NCBI GenBank assembly: GCA_000092065.1
Contig: CP000598.1
From: Ostreococcus lucimarinus
Taxonomy: Eukaryota
Length of the DNA: 64,000 nucleotides
Strand: one strand, 5' to 3'
A program made the translations under genes and the position numbers. Within the stretch, counting starts at the first letter, position 1; each line of letters begins with the position of its first letter. The notes below the pieces were generated by a model. That model saw only the letters and a program-made list of their open reading frames with translations, searched no databases and had not been told where the DNA came from. Positions 30,460-39,280 of this stretch are shown here, in pieces.

Positions 30460-30800
30460 AGCACGCCGTAGAGGAACCGCTCGTTTTAATCAGCGCTCTG
30501 AGACTGTGTAAAAGTCGATGTTGATTTACATTAATGTACTAGCGCATAAATAGGTCGTATTTTTAGCTTTGTCGATATTCAAAATATTGTGACACAAGTT
30601 CCTGGGTCGCGAGCGAATAGACAGACTGTTCGCATTCACTACCGACTGCGAGGATGTCGCGGACGCTGATTCCGTTGTTTTCTTCAAACAAATCGAACAC
30701 GTCTTTCGGTTGGGTGTGCGTTTCGAACTCCCCACGATGCGTGTGCACGTCGAGCAGGCGCGCGCGCTCACGCACGAAAGCCAACGATGACCACGCGTCG

Positions 30801-31075
30801 CGCGCGCGCGGCGCAGAGTGCGCGTCGACGAGCCGAGCAAATGTCTCGCGCCGCGCCGCGCACGTTTTGTGTGCGTCCATCTCATCACGTGATGCCCTAT
30901 AAATTCGTAAAATACGATACTTGCGACGTACAAGACGAACGGTGTTTTTATAAATTGTGGCGACGTTTTCGCCCAGGGATATTTCGCGCCCGTCGCGTCG
31001 CCGCGGTCATGGCGGTCGCGCGCTCGTTACGTACCGACGCCGTCGCGCGCGATGTCACAGGCGAACGGAAAGCGC
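30801..31075. repeat. Direct repeat copy 1 (about 275 bp, about 90% identical to 31402-31690), downstream of the cold-shock gene.
   Basis: gcgcgcggcgcagagtgcgcgtcgacgagccgagcaaatgtctcgcgccgcgccgcgcacgttttgtgtgcgtccatctcatcacgtgat...ttataaattgtggcgacgtttt... recurs 601 bp downstream. Confidence 0.85.
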
Positions 31076-31372
31076 GGGCTCCGCGGTACCGGTCTTCGCC
31101 TCGCCCTTGAGTAACCGGTTCCGTTGCCGCCGCTTCGGCGCCCCTTTCACCGCCGCGCCGTTCGGCCCGGTCACGTTCACGGCCACGGGCCTCCCGTCGG
31201 CGTTGCTGACTTCGTACTCAACCTCCTCGTCCTCCCACGCCGACCGGAACCCCGCGCGCGAGATCCCCGTTTGGTGCACGAATATCTCTTCGCTTCCGTC
31301 GTGCGGTGTGATGAACCCGAATCCTTTCGTGACGTTGAACCATTTCACCTTCCCGCGCGCGCGCGCGCCCAT
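31055..31372 (-). CDS. Cold-shock-domain protein (CspA/Y-box type CSD).
   Basis: MGARARGKVKWFNVTKGFGFITPHDGSEEIFVHQTGI...EGEEVEYEVSNADGRPVAVNVTGPNG. RNP1 (KGFGFI) and RNP2 (IFVHQ) motifs are present, followed by a short basic tail. Confidence 0.8.
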   Translation of the reverse strand: MGARARGKVKWFNVTKGFGFITPHDGSEEIFVHQTGISRAGFRSAWEDEEVEYEVSNADGRPVAVNVTGPNGAAVKGAPKRRQRNRLLKGEAKTGTAEPALSVRL

Positions 31373-31401
31373 CGCGCGCGGCGACGTCGCGTCGCCCCAC
31401 G

Positions 31402-31690
31402 CGCGCGCGGCGCGGAGTGCGCGTCGACGAGCCGAGCAAATGTCTCGCGCCGCGCCGCGCACGTTTTGTGTGCGTCCATCTCATCACGTGATTGTCTAGA
31501 AATTCGTAAAGTACGACACTTGCGACGTACAAGACGAACGGTGTTTTTATAAATTGTGGCGACGTTTTTCGCCCACCTGGGCCGCGGTGGGATATTTCGC
31601 GCCCGTCGCGCGCCGCGGTCGCGCGCTCGTTACGTACCGACGCGGTCGCAGACGAACGGGAATGTCGCAGACGAACGGGAAACGCGATGG
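31402..31690. repeat. Direct repeat copy 2. It contains the 5' region and start codon of the ColD-like fusion gene.
   Basis: See copy 1. The ATG at 31662 lies inside this repeat. Confidence 0.85.
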
Positions 31691-33908
31691 CGACGGCACA
31701 GGCGACGCCGCGCGCGGGGACTGGAAGGCCGTCGTCGCCGATGAGTACGCGCGCCGCAGCGGCGTGTACGCCGCGCCCGACGAAACCTCGTTCCCGCTCA
31801 TCGCGTCGAGCATTTTTTCGGAAGAAATCATCGCCGCCGTGGACTCCATGCTCAGCGGACAGCTCACTATGGCAAATAACGTTCGCGAATTCGAGCAGGC
31901 GTTCGCAAAGTACGTCGGGGCGCCGTTCGCGGTGATGTGCAACTCTGGCAGCTCGGCGAATCTTCTCGCGCTGGCGGCGTTGACGAATCACCTGCGTTCG
32001 AAAAAGCTCTGCGCCGGGGACGAAGTGTTGATCCCGGCGGTGTGCTGGTCCACGAGTTTGTGGCCGATCGTACAAATGGGCCTGATTCCAGTGTTCGTGG
32101 ACGTGGACGTGGCGACGATGAACGTGGACTTGGACGACTTGGAAGCGAGAATCACGGATAAGACGCGAGGCGTGCTCGCGGTGCACGTCCTCGGCAACAT
32201 GTGCGATATGGACAGGCTGATGGATATTTGTGCCCGTCGCGACTTGCTCCTCGTCGAAGACACGTGCGAATCGCTGGGAAGCACGTACGGCGGGAAGTGC
32301 GTGGGGACGTTTGGGAGTTTTGGCTCGTACAGTTTTTACTTTTCCCACCACATCACCACGGGCGAAGGTGGAATGGTCGTGTGTCAGACTCAAGAAGACG
32401 CCGATCTCGTCCGATGCTTGCGCGCGCACGGCTGGACGCGCGAGCTTTCTAACAAAGATGAGTTACACGAACAAAACGCGCACATAGATTCGCGTTTCAT
32501 GTTCGTCAACGTCGGGTACAACTTGCGCCCCATGGAAATCTCTGGGGCTGTCGGGAAGTGCCAGCTTCTTCGTCTGGACTCGATGAACGCCAACAGAAAA
32601 GAAAACCGCGAGCGCTTGCTTCGAGCTCTGCAGTCGCACGATAAATGGAACGATCAATTCCGCTTCCCGGTCGCCCCGAATGCGTCCGCCGACCCGGCGT
32701 GGTTCGGCTTCGTGGCCGTGCTTCGACGCGATCTGCAGAAGCGCCTGCCGACGTATTTGGAATTTCTCACCAGACACAAGATTGAAAATCGTCCAATCAT
32801 CAGCGGTAACTTTGTGCACCAGCCGGCGATCAAAACTTTGGGATTGAGCGTTGACCCGAACGGATATCCTGGCTCGGACGAGCTGGGCACGTGCGGGTTT
32901 TTCATCGGCGTGCACACGTATCGCCTGTCGGATGCGCAGATCTCGTACCTCGCCGACACCATGCTCGCCTTCGACTTTGACTGCGCCGTGAACAGAAAAG
33001 TCGTGCTCGTGACTGGTGGCAGCGGTCTCGTCGGTCGAGCGCTCAAAGAACACGTCAAAACATCGGCGAACACAAACGATTCATGGATTTTTACATCTTC
33101 CAAAGATGCTGATTTGTGCTCTTACGACGAGACGAAGAGGCTCTTCGAGCGATATCGCCCGACGCACGTCATTCACCTCGCGGTGAAGCTCATGGCGGGC
33201 GGCGACATGTCGAAAATGGCGGCGAGTCTCATTCAGGATAACAACGCGATTAACGCTAATGTTCTTCGTTGCGCGCACGAAATCGACTGCGACAAGGTTG
33301 TCTCTGTCTTATCTTCTTTCGCTTACCCGAAAGACGTGAGTTTGCCGATCACAGAAAAGCGACTGCACGACGGTCCTTGCCATCCGTTGTATGAGTCTTA
33401 CGGTTCGTCAAAGCGTAACCTCGAAATTCTATCGCGCGCCTACCGCGCGCAACATGGTAGGAAGTTCGTCACCGTCATTCCGAGCAATATATTTGGAACC
33501 ATATCGCAACTGCGCGAGGGTGGTCCGGTCATCGACGCGCTCATGAGCAAGGCTGCGCAATCCGCGGCTACAGGTTCTGAATTCACATGCAGAGGCACCG
33601 GTGCGCCGTGCCGTCAGTTCTGCTACGCACCCGATCTAGCGCGCGTGCTCATTTGGTCTTTGGAACATTACGACGAAGAAGAGCCAATAAATGTCGCTGG
33701 GGAAGAGATCAGCATACGCGCCGTGGCGGAGCTCATCGCCAACATGTTCGGCGTCGAGAAACGCTTGTCGTTTGACGCGTCGTTTCCAGATGGGCCCATG
33801 TACCGCACGCTAAGCGATGATAAGCTCCGACGTCTGTATGAAGGTTACGAGCAAACCGATTTCGAAACGGCACTTCGAAGCGTCGTCGCACGCGTCATCA
33901 ACGCGTAA
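31662..33908 (+). CDS. Bifunctional fusion: an N-terminal DegT/ColD-type PMP-dependent GDP-4-keto-6-deoxy-D-mannose 3-dehydratase-like domain, and a C-terminal GDP-L-fucose synthase/ColC-like (GMER) 3,5-epimerase/4-reductase domain.
   Basis: 748 aa from the ATG at 31662 (the track ORF starts at a TTG). The N-domain FPLIASSIFSEEIIAAVDSMLSGQLTMANNVREFEQAFAKYVGAPFAVMCNSGSSANLLA ... SFYFSHHITTGEGGMVV is DegT-family, with His-His where aminotransferases have the Schiff-base Lys. That substitution is the ColD/E1 dehydratase hallmark, and the His falls at about 189 of the domain. The C-domain KVVLVTGGSGLVGRALKEH...SSKDADLCSYDETKRLFERYRPTHVIHLAV...YGSSKRNLEI...VIPSNIFGT...GTGAPCRQFCYAPDLARV is co-linear with GDP-fucose synthase, including YxxxK. 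Confidence 0.85.
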   Translation: MSQTNGKRDGDGTGDAARGDWKAVVADEYARRSGVYAAPDETSFPLIASSIFSEEIIAAVDSMLSGQLTMANNVREFEQAFAKYVGAPFAVMCNSGSSANLLALAALTNHLRSKKLCAGDEVLIPAVCWSTSLWPIVQMGLIPVFVDVDVATMNVDLDDLEARITDKTRGVLAVHVLGNMCDMDRLMDICARRDLLLVEDTCESLGSTYGGKCVGTFGSFGSYSFYFSHHITTGEGGMVVCQTQEDADLVRCLRAHGWTRELSNKDELHEQNAHIDSRFMFVNVGYNLRPMEISGAVGKCQLLRLDSMNANRKENRERLLRALQSHDKWNDQFRFPVAPNASADPAWFGFVAVLRRDLQKRLPTYLEFLTRHKIENRPIISGNFVHQPAIKTLGLSVDPNGYPGSDELGTCGFFIGVHTYRLSDAQISYLADTMLAFDFDCAVNRKVVLVTGGSGLVGRALKEHVKTSANTNDSWIFTSSKDADLCSYDETKRLFERYRPTHVIHLAVKLMAGGDMSKMAASLIQDNNAINANVLRCAHEIDCDKVVSVLSSFAYPKDVSLPITEKRLHDGPCHPLYESYGSSKRNLEILSRAYRAQHGRKFVTVIPSNIFGTISQLREGGPVIDALMSKAAQSAATGSEFTCRGTGAPCRQFCYAPDLARVLIWSLEHYDEEEPINVAGEEISIRAVAELIANMFGVEKRLSFDASFPDGPMYRTLSDDKLRRLYEGYEQTDFETALRSVVARVINA

Positions 33909-34034
33909 TACATCGGCTGTTTGACGATATACATCTTGTAAAAGTCGCATTTGTATGTCGCATACAGCTATGATGAGATAGTTCAGTAAGCGTAGCTCAA
34001 CGCTTTGTAAGTTGATCTACAAACTCTATAAACT

Positions 34035-34940
34035 CTACTTTTTCGTGCCGGCAAAGCTGTAGTGCGCCGCGCAAATCATCACGATAGCAGCGCCGGCGAC
34101 AGTCGACTCGGACAAGGTGGAGTAATCCATAAAGTATGCGGTAAAAAATATCAGCGCAAACTTGTTGGTGTTGTTGAGTATCGTAATACTCGTCGGGGTG
34201 ATCAAGCGATTGAGCTGAAACGCGGAAACGCTCAAGCAAAATCCTAGCGTGCACGAAACGAAGAGTGCGACGCACTGCGATTTTGTCGCGCCGCTCGCCA
34301 TAAACTTTTGTAGCGTCTCGTTTTCTCTTTGAGCGAACCCGACGATGGCGCACACGGGTAAGGATAGTAAGTTATTATAGTACGCCATGGTCCAGCTGTT
34401 CATATCGAGCTCGTTCACGAGCGATTTGACCTTGATTTGATACGCCGTCGTCGCCGCTACGTTCACCGCAAGCCAGGCGTACCCCGTAAAGTCAAAATTC
34501 GAAGCCGCGTCCAGATCGCCCGACGCGTACACCAACGACCCTGCGCACATTCCTAATATCGCCAAAATCCTCGGTTTCGTCTGCACCGTGCCCAGACAAA
34601 AATAATCCGCTATGGCGATCGTCACCGTACCTAAATTTCTTTGCACTATGAGCGTCGTCGCCGTCACGAACTTGAGCGCCAGCATGGACGACGCGAGCAT
34701 GGCGTAAAACAAAAGCACGAGCGCGAACCAACGTTTGGCTTTATGTCGCCGCACCGGCTCGATCTGCAGACTCAGCACCGATTTCCCGAACGCGAGCAAC
34801 ACCAGCGTCACCGCGTTTTGCGCGAACAGCACCGCGTTCGGGGCGGGGAAGAACCCCATGATTTGTTTATTCAGCACGGTGAGCGCGCTGCCGGATAGAC
34901 AAAACGCCGCGGCGACCAAGGTGATCGTGACGACCGCCAT
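34035..34940 (-). CDS. Nucleotide-sugar transporter (TPT/SLC35C-VRG4-like, GDP-sugar transporter type).
   Basis: About 302 aa from the Met at 34940 (MAVVTITLVAAAF). There are about 10 hydrophobic helices. ITILNNTNKFALIFFTAYF resembles the NST GALNK region. The longer track ORF (start 35216) has a low-complexity N-terminus. Confidence 0.65.
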   Translation of the reverse strand: MAVVTITLVAAAFCLSGSALTVLNKQIMGFFPAPNAVLFAQNAVTLVLLAFGKSVLSLQIEPVRRHKAKRWFALVLLFYAMLASSMLALKFVTATTLIVQRNLGTVTIAIADYFCLGTVQTKPRILAILGMCAGSLVYASGDLDAASNFDFTGYAWLAVNVAATTAYQIKVKSLVNELDMNSWTMAYYNNLLSLPVCAIVGFAQRENETLQKFMASGATKSQCVALFVSCTLGFCLSVSAFQLNRLITPTSITILNNTNKFALIFFTAYFMDYSTLSESTVAGAAIVMICAAHYSFAGTKK

Positions 34941-36259
34941 CGCGACGGCTGCGTGTCGTCCGCCGTCGCGCGCGATCGCGTCGTCCGGTTTCGCGTCGAC
35001 TCGAGGCCCGCCGTCTCGCGAGCCGCGCCGACGACTGACTCGCGCGCGTTTTGAATTCGTCCGTCGATTTCCGGAATTCCAAAATTCCACGTCAAAATTT
35101 TGCGCCGCGCCGCGTCCGGCTGGCGCCGCACCACTCCGCACGGGCGATCGCGCCCGGAAAGCGATCGGATCGTCGGGAAACTGATCAATAAACGACGTGC
35201 AATATTTTGATAGCATTAATATATTATTAAATATGATAATTCAGATCCGTCTGGTCATCGCAAACCCTGGATCCTTCGGACTGTGCTGATTCGACCCCCT
35301 GGAAATTTCAGACAGTTTCCCAAACGAGGCCCGTTTTTTCAAACGCCACCAGTGAGTTTTTTGAGCCCATTTGACCGACCGTGACTCAAGAACGACCCCC
35401 TCATTGTGTACATTCACTACTCTACGCGCGCGACGCGCCCGCGAACGCGCGAGAAAAGCGCACGGCGCGGTCGTACACGAACTTTTTTCTCTTCGCAGCG
35501 ACTTTTACGCGTCGAGACGTCCCAGCGACGGCTGGGGATCGCCATTTGATGCGATTTTGGACGATTTTGGCATTCGAGTCCCACGTGCTAAGTTGAGTCA
35601 TGACTCGTCAAATTTAGTAAAATTCAACACGCTTTTGCGGCGCCGTGAACGCGCACTTCGAAATAAAAACAAATTCACATCGCGTGAATCATTTGAGGTA
35701 AGCTTGAACGTTCAGAATACTCCGTGAAACTGCCTTGAACACCTTCGATTAAGATGTCAAACGTGTCGAATTTGGTACTTTTTTGTGAATTTGGGATATT
35801 TCACGCCGCGTTATCTCTCAATCGCGCGCTTTCCCCGCACGTCGGTTGACCTACACGCTCGTGAAATGTCTGAATGACCCCCTGTTTCAGGGGATCTGGA
35901 AACTGTCTGAAATTTCCAGGGGGTCGAATCCGCAAAGTCCCGGAAATTTCGAAAATTTGGATTCCTGCGCAGCGGGTGTCCCGCGATGATGATCGAAATC
36001 GTCTCGCATCATCGTATTCAGAGATGTATGAAATCTATGAAAATACGAAATGTGATTTAAATCAGTTTTTCCCGACGCCGCACCGACGTTCGTTTCTGCG
36101 CGCGCCGGTGCGCGCGGCGCCAATAGGCGAGGCGTCGCGTCGAGATCTCGTGAGCGTCGTCATCGAGCGCCCTCGAGGCGCGCGCGGTATTCGCGAGCAT
36201 GTCGTCGAGATAATCTCCGAAAATCTAGACGCGCTCGACCGAGACGCCCGTCCGCCCGC

Positions 36260-37450
36260 ATGCGCATCCTTCTCACCGGTGGCGCCGGCTTCATCGGCTC
36301 GCACGTCGCCGAGCGCCTCGCGTCGAGGCATCCCGAGTACACGGTGCGCGCACGATTTCGACCACGTGTGCGTGCGTCGAACAACGCACGGACTTTGCAC
36401 CCATCTCTCGCGCGAACGACTGACCGCGAACGACTCGTCGCGCTCGGACAGATTGTCGTCCTGGACAAGCTCGACTATTGCTCGAGCTTGAAAAATCTCG
36501 AACGCGCGAAAGAATGCGCGAACGTGCGGTTCGTCAAGGGCGATGTGCGTTCGTTCGATTTATTGAGTTACGTCTTGCAAAGCGAGCGCATCGACACCGT
36601 CGTGCACTTCGCCGCGCAGAGTCACGTGGACAACTCTTTCGGGAACTCGTACGAGTTCACGAAGAATAACATCGAGGGCACGCACGCGTTACTCGAGGCG
36701 TGCGTGCGAGCGCAGACGACCGAAATTCGACGATTCCTGCACGTGTCCACGGATGAGGTATACGGGGAAAATCTCATGGATTCAAACACCGAGCACGCGG
36801 CGCTCCTGACGCCCACCAACCCGTACGCCGCGACCAAGGCGGGCGCGGAGATGCTCGTCATGGCGTACGGACGCTCGTACGGATTGCCGTACATCATCAC
36901 TCGCGGAAACAACGTGTACGGGCCGAATCAGTATCCAGAGAAGGCGATTCCAAAGTTTTCAATCCTCGCGAAACGCGGGGAAAAGATTTCTATACACGGC
37001 GACGGCGACGTGACGCGTTCGTACATGCACGTCGACGATGCGGGTTCGGCGTTCGACGTCATTCTCCACCGCGGAACGCCGGCGCAGATTTATAACATCG
37101 GCTCGCGCGAAGAACGGACGATCTTGTCCGTCGCTCGGGATGTCTGTAAGCTCCTCGATCGCGACCCGGAAACGACCATCGAGCACGTGAGCGATCGAGC
37201 CTTCAACGACCGAAGATATTTCATCGATTGCTCAAAGCTTTTAGCGCTCGGATGGCGACAAGAAAAGTCCTGGGACGTCGGTCTCGCGGAAACCGTGCGT
37301 TGGTACTCGAATAACGATTTGAGCGCGTACTGGGGCGAATTCTCACCCGCGTTGCGCCCGCACCCTTCGGCGAGCGCGGATGGGCGACGACGATCGCTCG
37401 AGTTTGATTTCACGAATGATTCTGACGATCGCGCGACACCGACTTTGTAA
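36260..37450 (+). CDS. dTDP/UDP-glucose 4,6-dehydratase, copy 2. Here the 108-nt intron equivalent (36344-36451) is in frame and lacks stops.
   Basis: 396-aa continuous ORF. Apart from the 36-aa insert VRARFRPRVRASNNARTLHPSLARTTDRERLVALGQ between HPEYT and IVVLDKL it matches RmlB-type dehydratases end to end. About 97% nt identity to 19955-21144. Confidence 0.85.
   Translation: MRILLTGGAGFIGSHVAERLASRHPEYTVRARFRPRVRASNNARTLHPSLARTTDRERLVALGQIVVLDKLDYCSSLKNLERAKECANVRFVKGDVRSFDLLSYVLQSERIDTVVHFAAQSHVDNSFGNSYEFTKNNIEGTHALLEACVRAQTTEIRRFLHVSTDEVYGENLMDSNTEHAALLTPTNPYAATKAGAEMLVMAYGRSYGLPYIITRGNNVYGPNQYPEKAIPKFSILAKRGEKISIHGDGDVTRSYMHVDDAGSAFDVILHRGTPAQIYNIGSREERTILSVARDVCKLLDRDPETTIEHVSDRAFNDRRYFIDCSKLLALGWRQEKSWDVGLAETVRWYSNNDLSAYWGEFSPALRPHPSASADGRRRSLEFDFTNDSDDRATPTL
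36344..36451 (+). other. Intron (GT...AG, 108 nt) of dehydratase copy 2. It is in frame, so a retained-intron isoform would still be translatable.
   Basis: Positional homolog of the frame-breaking 107-nt intron in copy 1. The 36 extra residues are absent from the dehydratase family consensus. Confidence 0.65.
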
Positions 37451-37779
37451 TACGCGCATCTATCTTCCTCGGGCGCGAGTATCACTTTGCGCGTCCATGT
37501 AATTATTTGCGGCGCGCTGTTGGAGGCGGGTTGAAAAACACCCCGCGTGGCGTCACGCGTCACTCACCGCCTCGCTTCGCTCGATTATGACACGCGTCTC
37601 AATCGCTTGAGAGGAGGCAGAGAAAGCATGCTTTCCTAGCAACAGCCTTTATTTTTCGACCGAGGCGCGGACGAGTCGCGGGGACGCCGCGACGGCGTTC
37701 GGTTTTCGCGAAGGGAAACGACGCACTGAGGGGTGACGCGCACGACCGTTGGGGCGGAGGGGCGTTTTTCTAAGCGGCG

Positions 37780-39192
37780 ATGGATCATGGATGCCAACCA
37801 CCACGGACGTTTCAAGCGAGGCACTCGTGTCGACTGTGGTTCGTTTTCACCGTCTCAGTGGCGTGCGTCGTCGTCGGATCGCGCGGGGCGTCGTACGGAA
37901 CGTACGAGAACGACGGCGGTGTCACTCGGGAGCGGCGCGCGGATCGTGCGCGACGACCGGCTATAGAGTCTAGATCATCCTTGAGCGAAGTGACTCGTGA
38001 AACGTACGAGCGCGCACGAACGGTCTTCGAGGAATTTTTAAATGAGCGGAGCGCGCAGTGCGGGCGCGCGTTCACGGAGACGCGCACGCACTTTGGCGCT
38101 CCCGTGGAAACACCTCCATACCCTGGGGGACCTCCTCCTGGTACCGGTGCGGTGCTCACAGAGATGGTGCGAGCTGCGGCGGCGGCGTGGCATAGAAACA
38201 TGTCGTACGTGATGCGTGGTAAATGGGCGTTGGTTTCGGATAGCGACTGCGCTGAGGCAGAGTTTCAAGGATTTGCCTGCATGTTCCCAGGATTGTCGCG
38301 CTCGTGTCGAGCCTTGGAAGGTGAAAACCCGATGTTGAATTTACAAGACGCGCAAGACTTCTGGCGTCACTGGAGCAAAAATCTCAGCGTTGATGCGATT
38401 TTTTTATTTGGGCTCGCCGCGGATGCGCTGACAGACGTCCGTCGCGCGAGCGTCAAAGTGAAGAGTTTTCTCGAACACGACCTATCGAGTGCATTAGCGG
38501 GATCTGAGAGCGAAGGAATCGCAGTCGGTATACATTTTCGCAACCGTGGAGATATCAGACTCGATGGGAGATTGAGGATACCTCTGGAGCGTTACGTCGA
38601 GTGGGTGGATGGGCTTGGGAATTCAACGAAAATTCGTGCCGTTTACGTCGCCACAGATCACGATGGACTGGATGTTCGCGAGCTCAACGAGCGTTTTCCC
38701 GGTCGTTCGTACGAATTCCGAATGATCAAGCGTTTGTGGGCACCAGCGACCGCCACAAACCTGTGGCAGACGACGACGACGGCGACGGCGGGTGGTTTGA
38801 AGTTTGAAACCGCGAAAACACAAATGGTCGTCGAGGCGTTGAGCGACATCAACATTCTCTCGCACTGCGACGCATTTCTCGGCTCGATATCAAACTTTTT
38901 GCCCTTCATCATGTCGCTTTTACACGCGCGGGATCCACTTCGTGAACGCGGTCGTATTTGCGGTTTCATGAACACAAACGTAACCACTTTCGGAGGTCAC
39001 GCCGCGGCGGAAGAACTCACGAAAGCTACGAGCGAATTCGCCTCGGGGCTGGATGACGCGCACGCCGGAGACGTAGGATCAAAGGAAGCGATCGTTTCGT
39101 GTGTTGGGGATAGATCGTTACGCGACTATTGGATGGTGCTTTACGGGCATAACATTCCGAGCGAGACCGTAGACGTGCTGCCCCTGCGATGA
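37780..39192 (+). CDS. Putative GT23/NodZ-like fucosyltransferase-family glycosyltransferase, membrane anchored.
   Basis: 470 aa. TM LWFVFTVSVACVVVG. VGIHFRNRGD (the HxRRGD-like motif), VYVATDHDGLDVRELNERFPG and SDINILSHCDAFLGSISNFLPFIMSLL fit the three conserved GT23/O-FucT motifs. Confidence 0.6.
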   Translation: MDHGCQPPRTFQARHSCRLWFVFTVSVACVVVGSRGASYGTYENDGGVTRERRADRARRPAIESRSSLSEVTRETYERARTVFEEFLNERSAQCGRAFTETRTHFGAPVETPPYPGGPPPGTGAVLTEMVRAAAAAWHRNMSYVMRGKWALVSDSDCAEAEFQGFACMFPGLSRSCRALEGENPMLNLQDAQDFWRHWSKNLSVDAIFLFGLAADALTDVRRASVKVKSFLEHDLSSALAGSESEGIAVGIHFRNRGDIRLDGRLRIPLERYVEWVDGLGNSTKIRAVYVATDHDGLDVRELNERFPGRSYEFRMIKRLWAPATATNLWQTTTTATAGGLKFETAKTQMVVEALSDINILSHCDAFLGSISNFLPFIMSLLHARDPLRERGRICGFMNTNVTTFGGHAAAEELTKATSEFASGLDDAHAGDVGSKEAIVSCVGDRSLRDYWMVLYGHNIPSETVDVLPLR

Positions 39193-39280
39193 ACGTAGAA
39201 ATGATCCATCCAACACAAATACTACTTGTAACTACTCGCAAGCTATTTTGTTCGCTATTTTGTTCGTTGTCGATACGATT

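Noticed and set aside
31218-32429. 403-aa minus-strand ORF
   Set aside because: It is entirely antisense to the well-supported ColD-like fusion gene. It is Arg/His-rich low complexity, typical of GC-rich antisense frames.
35874-36491. 205-aa plus-strand ORF upstream of dehydratase copy 2
   Set aside because: It lies in the 5' flank, which is duplicated with 19800-19960, in a different frame from the dehydratase. It is low complexity and likely UTR or promoter sequence.
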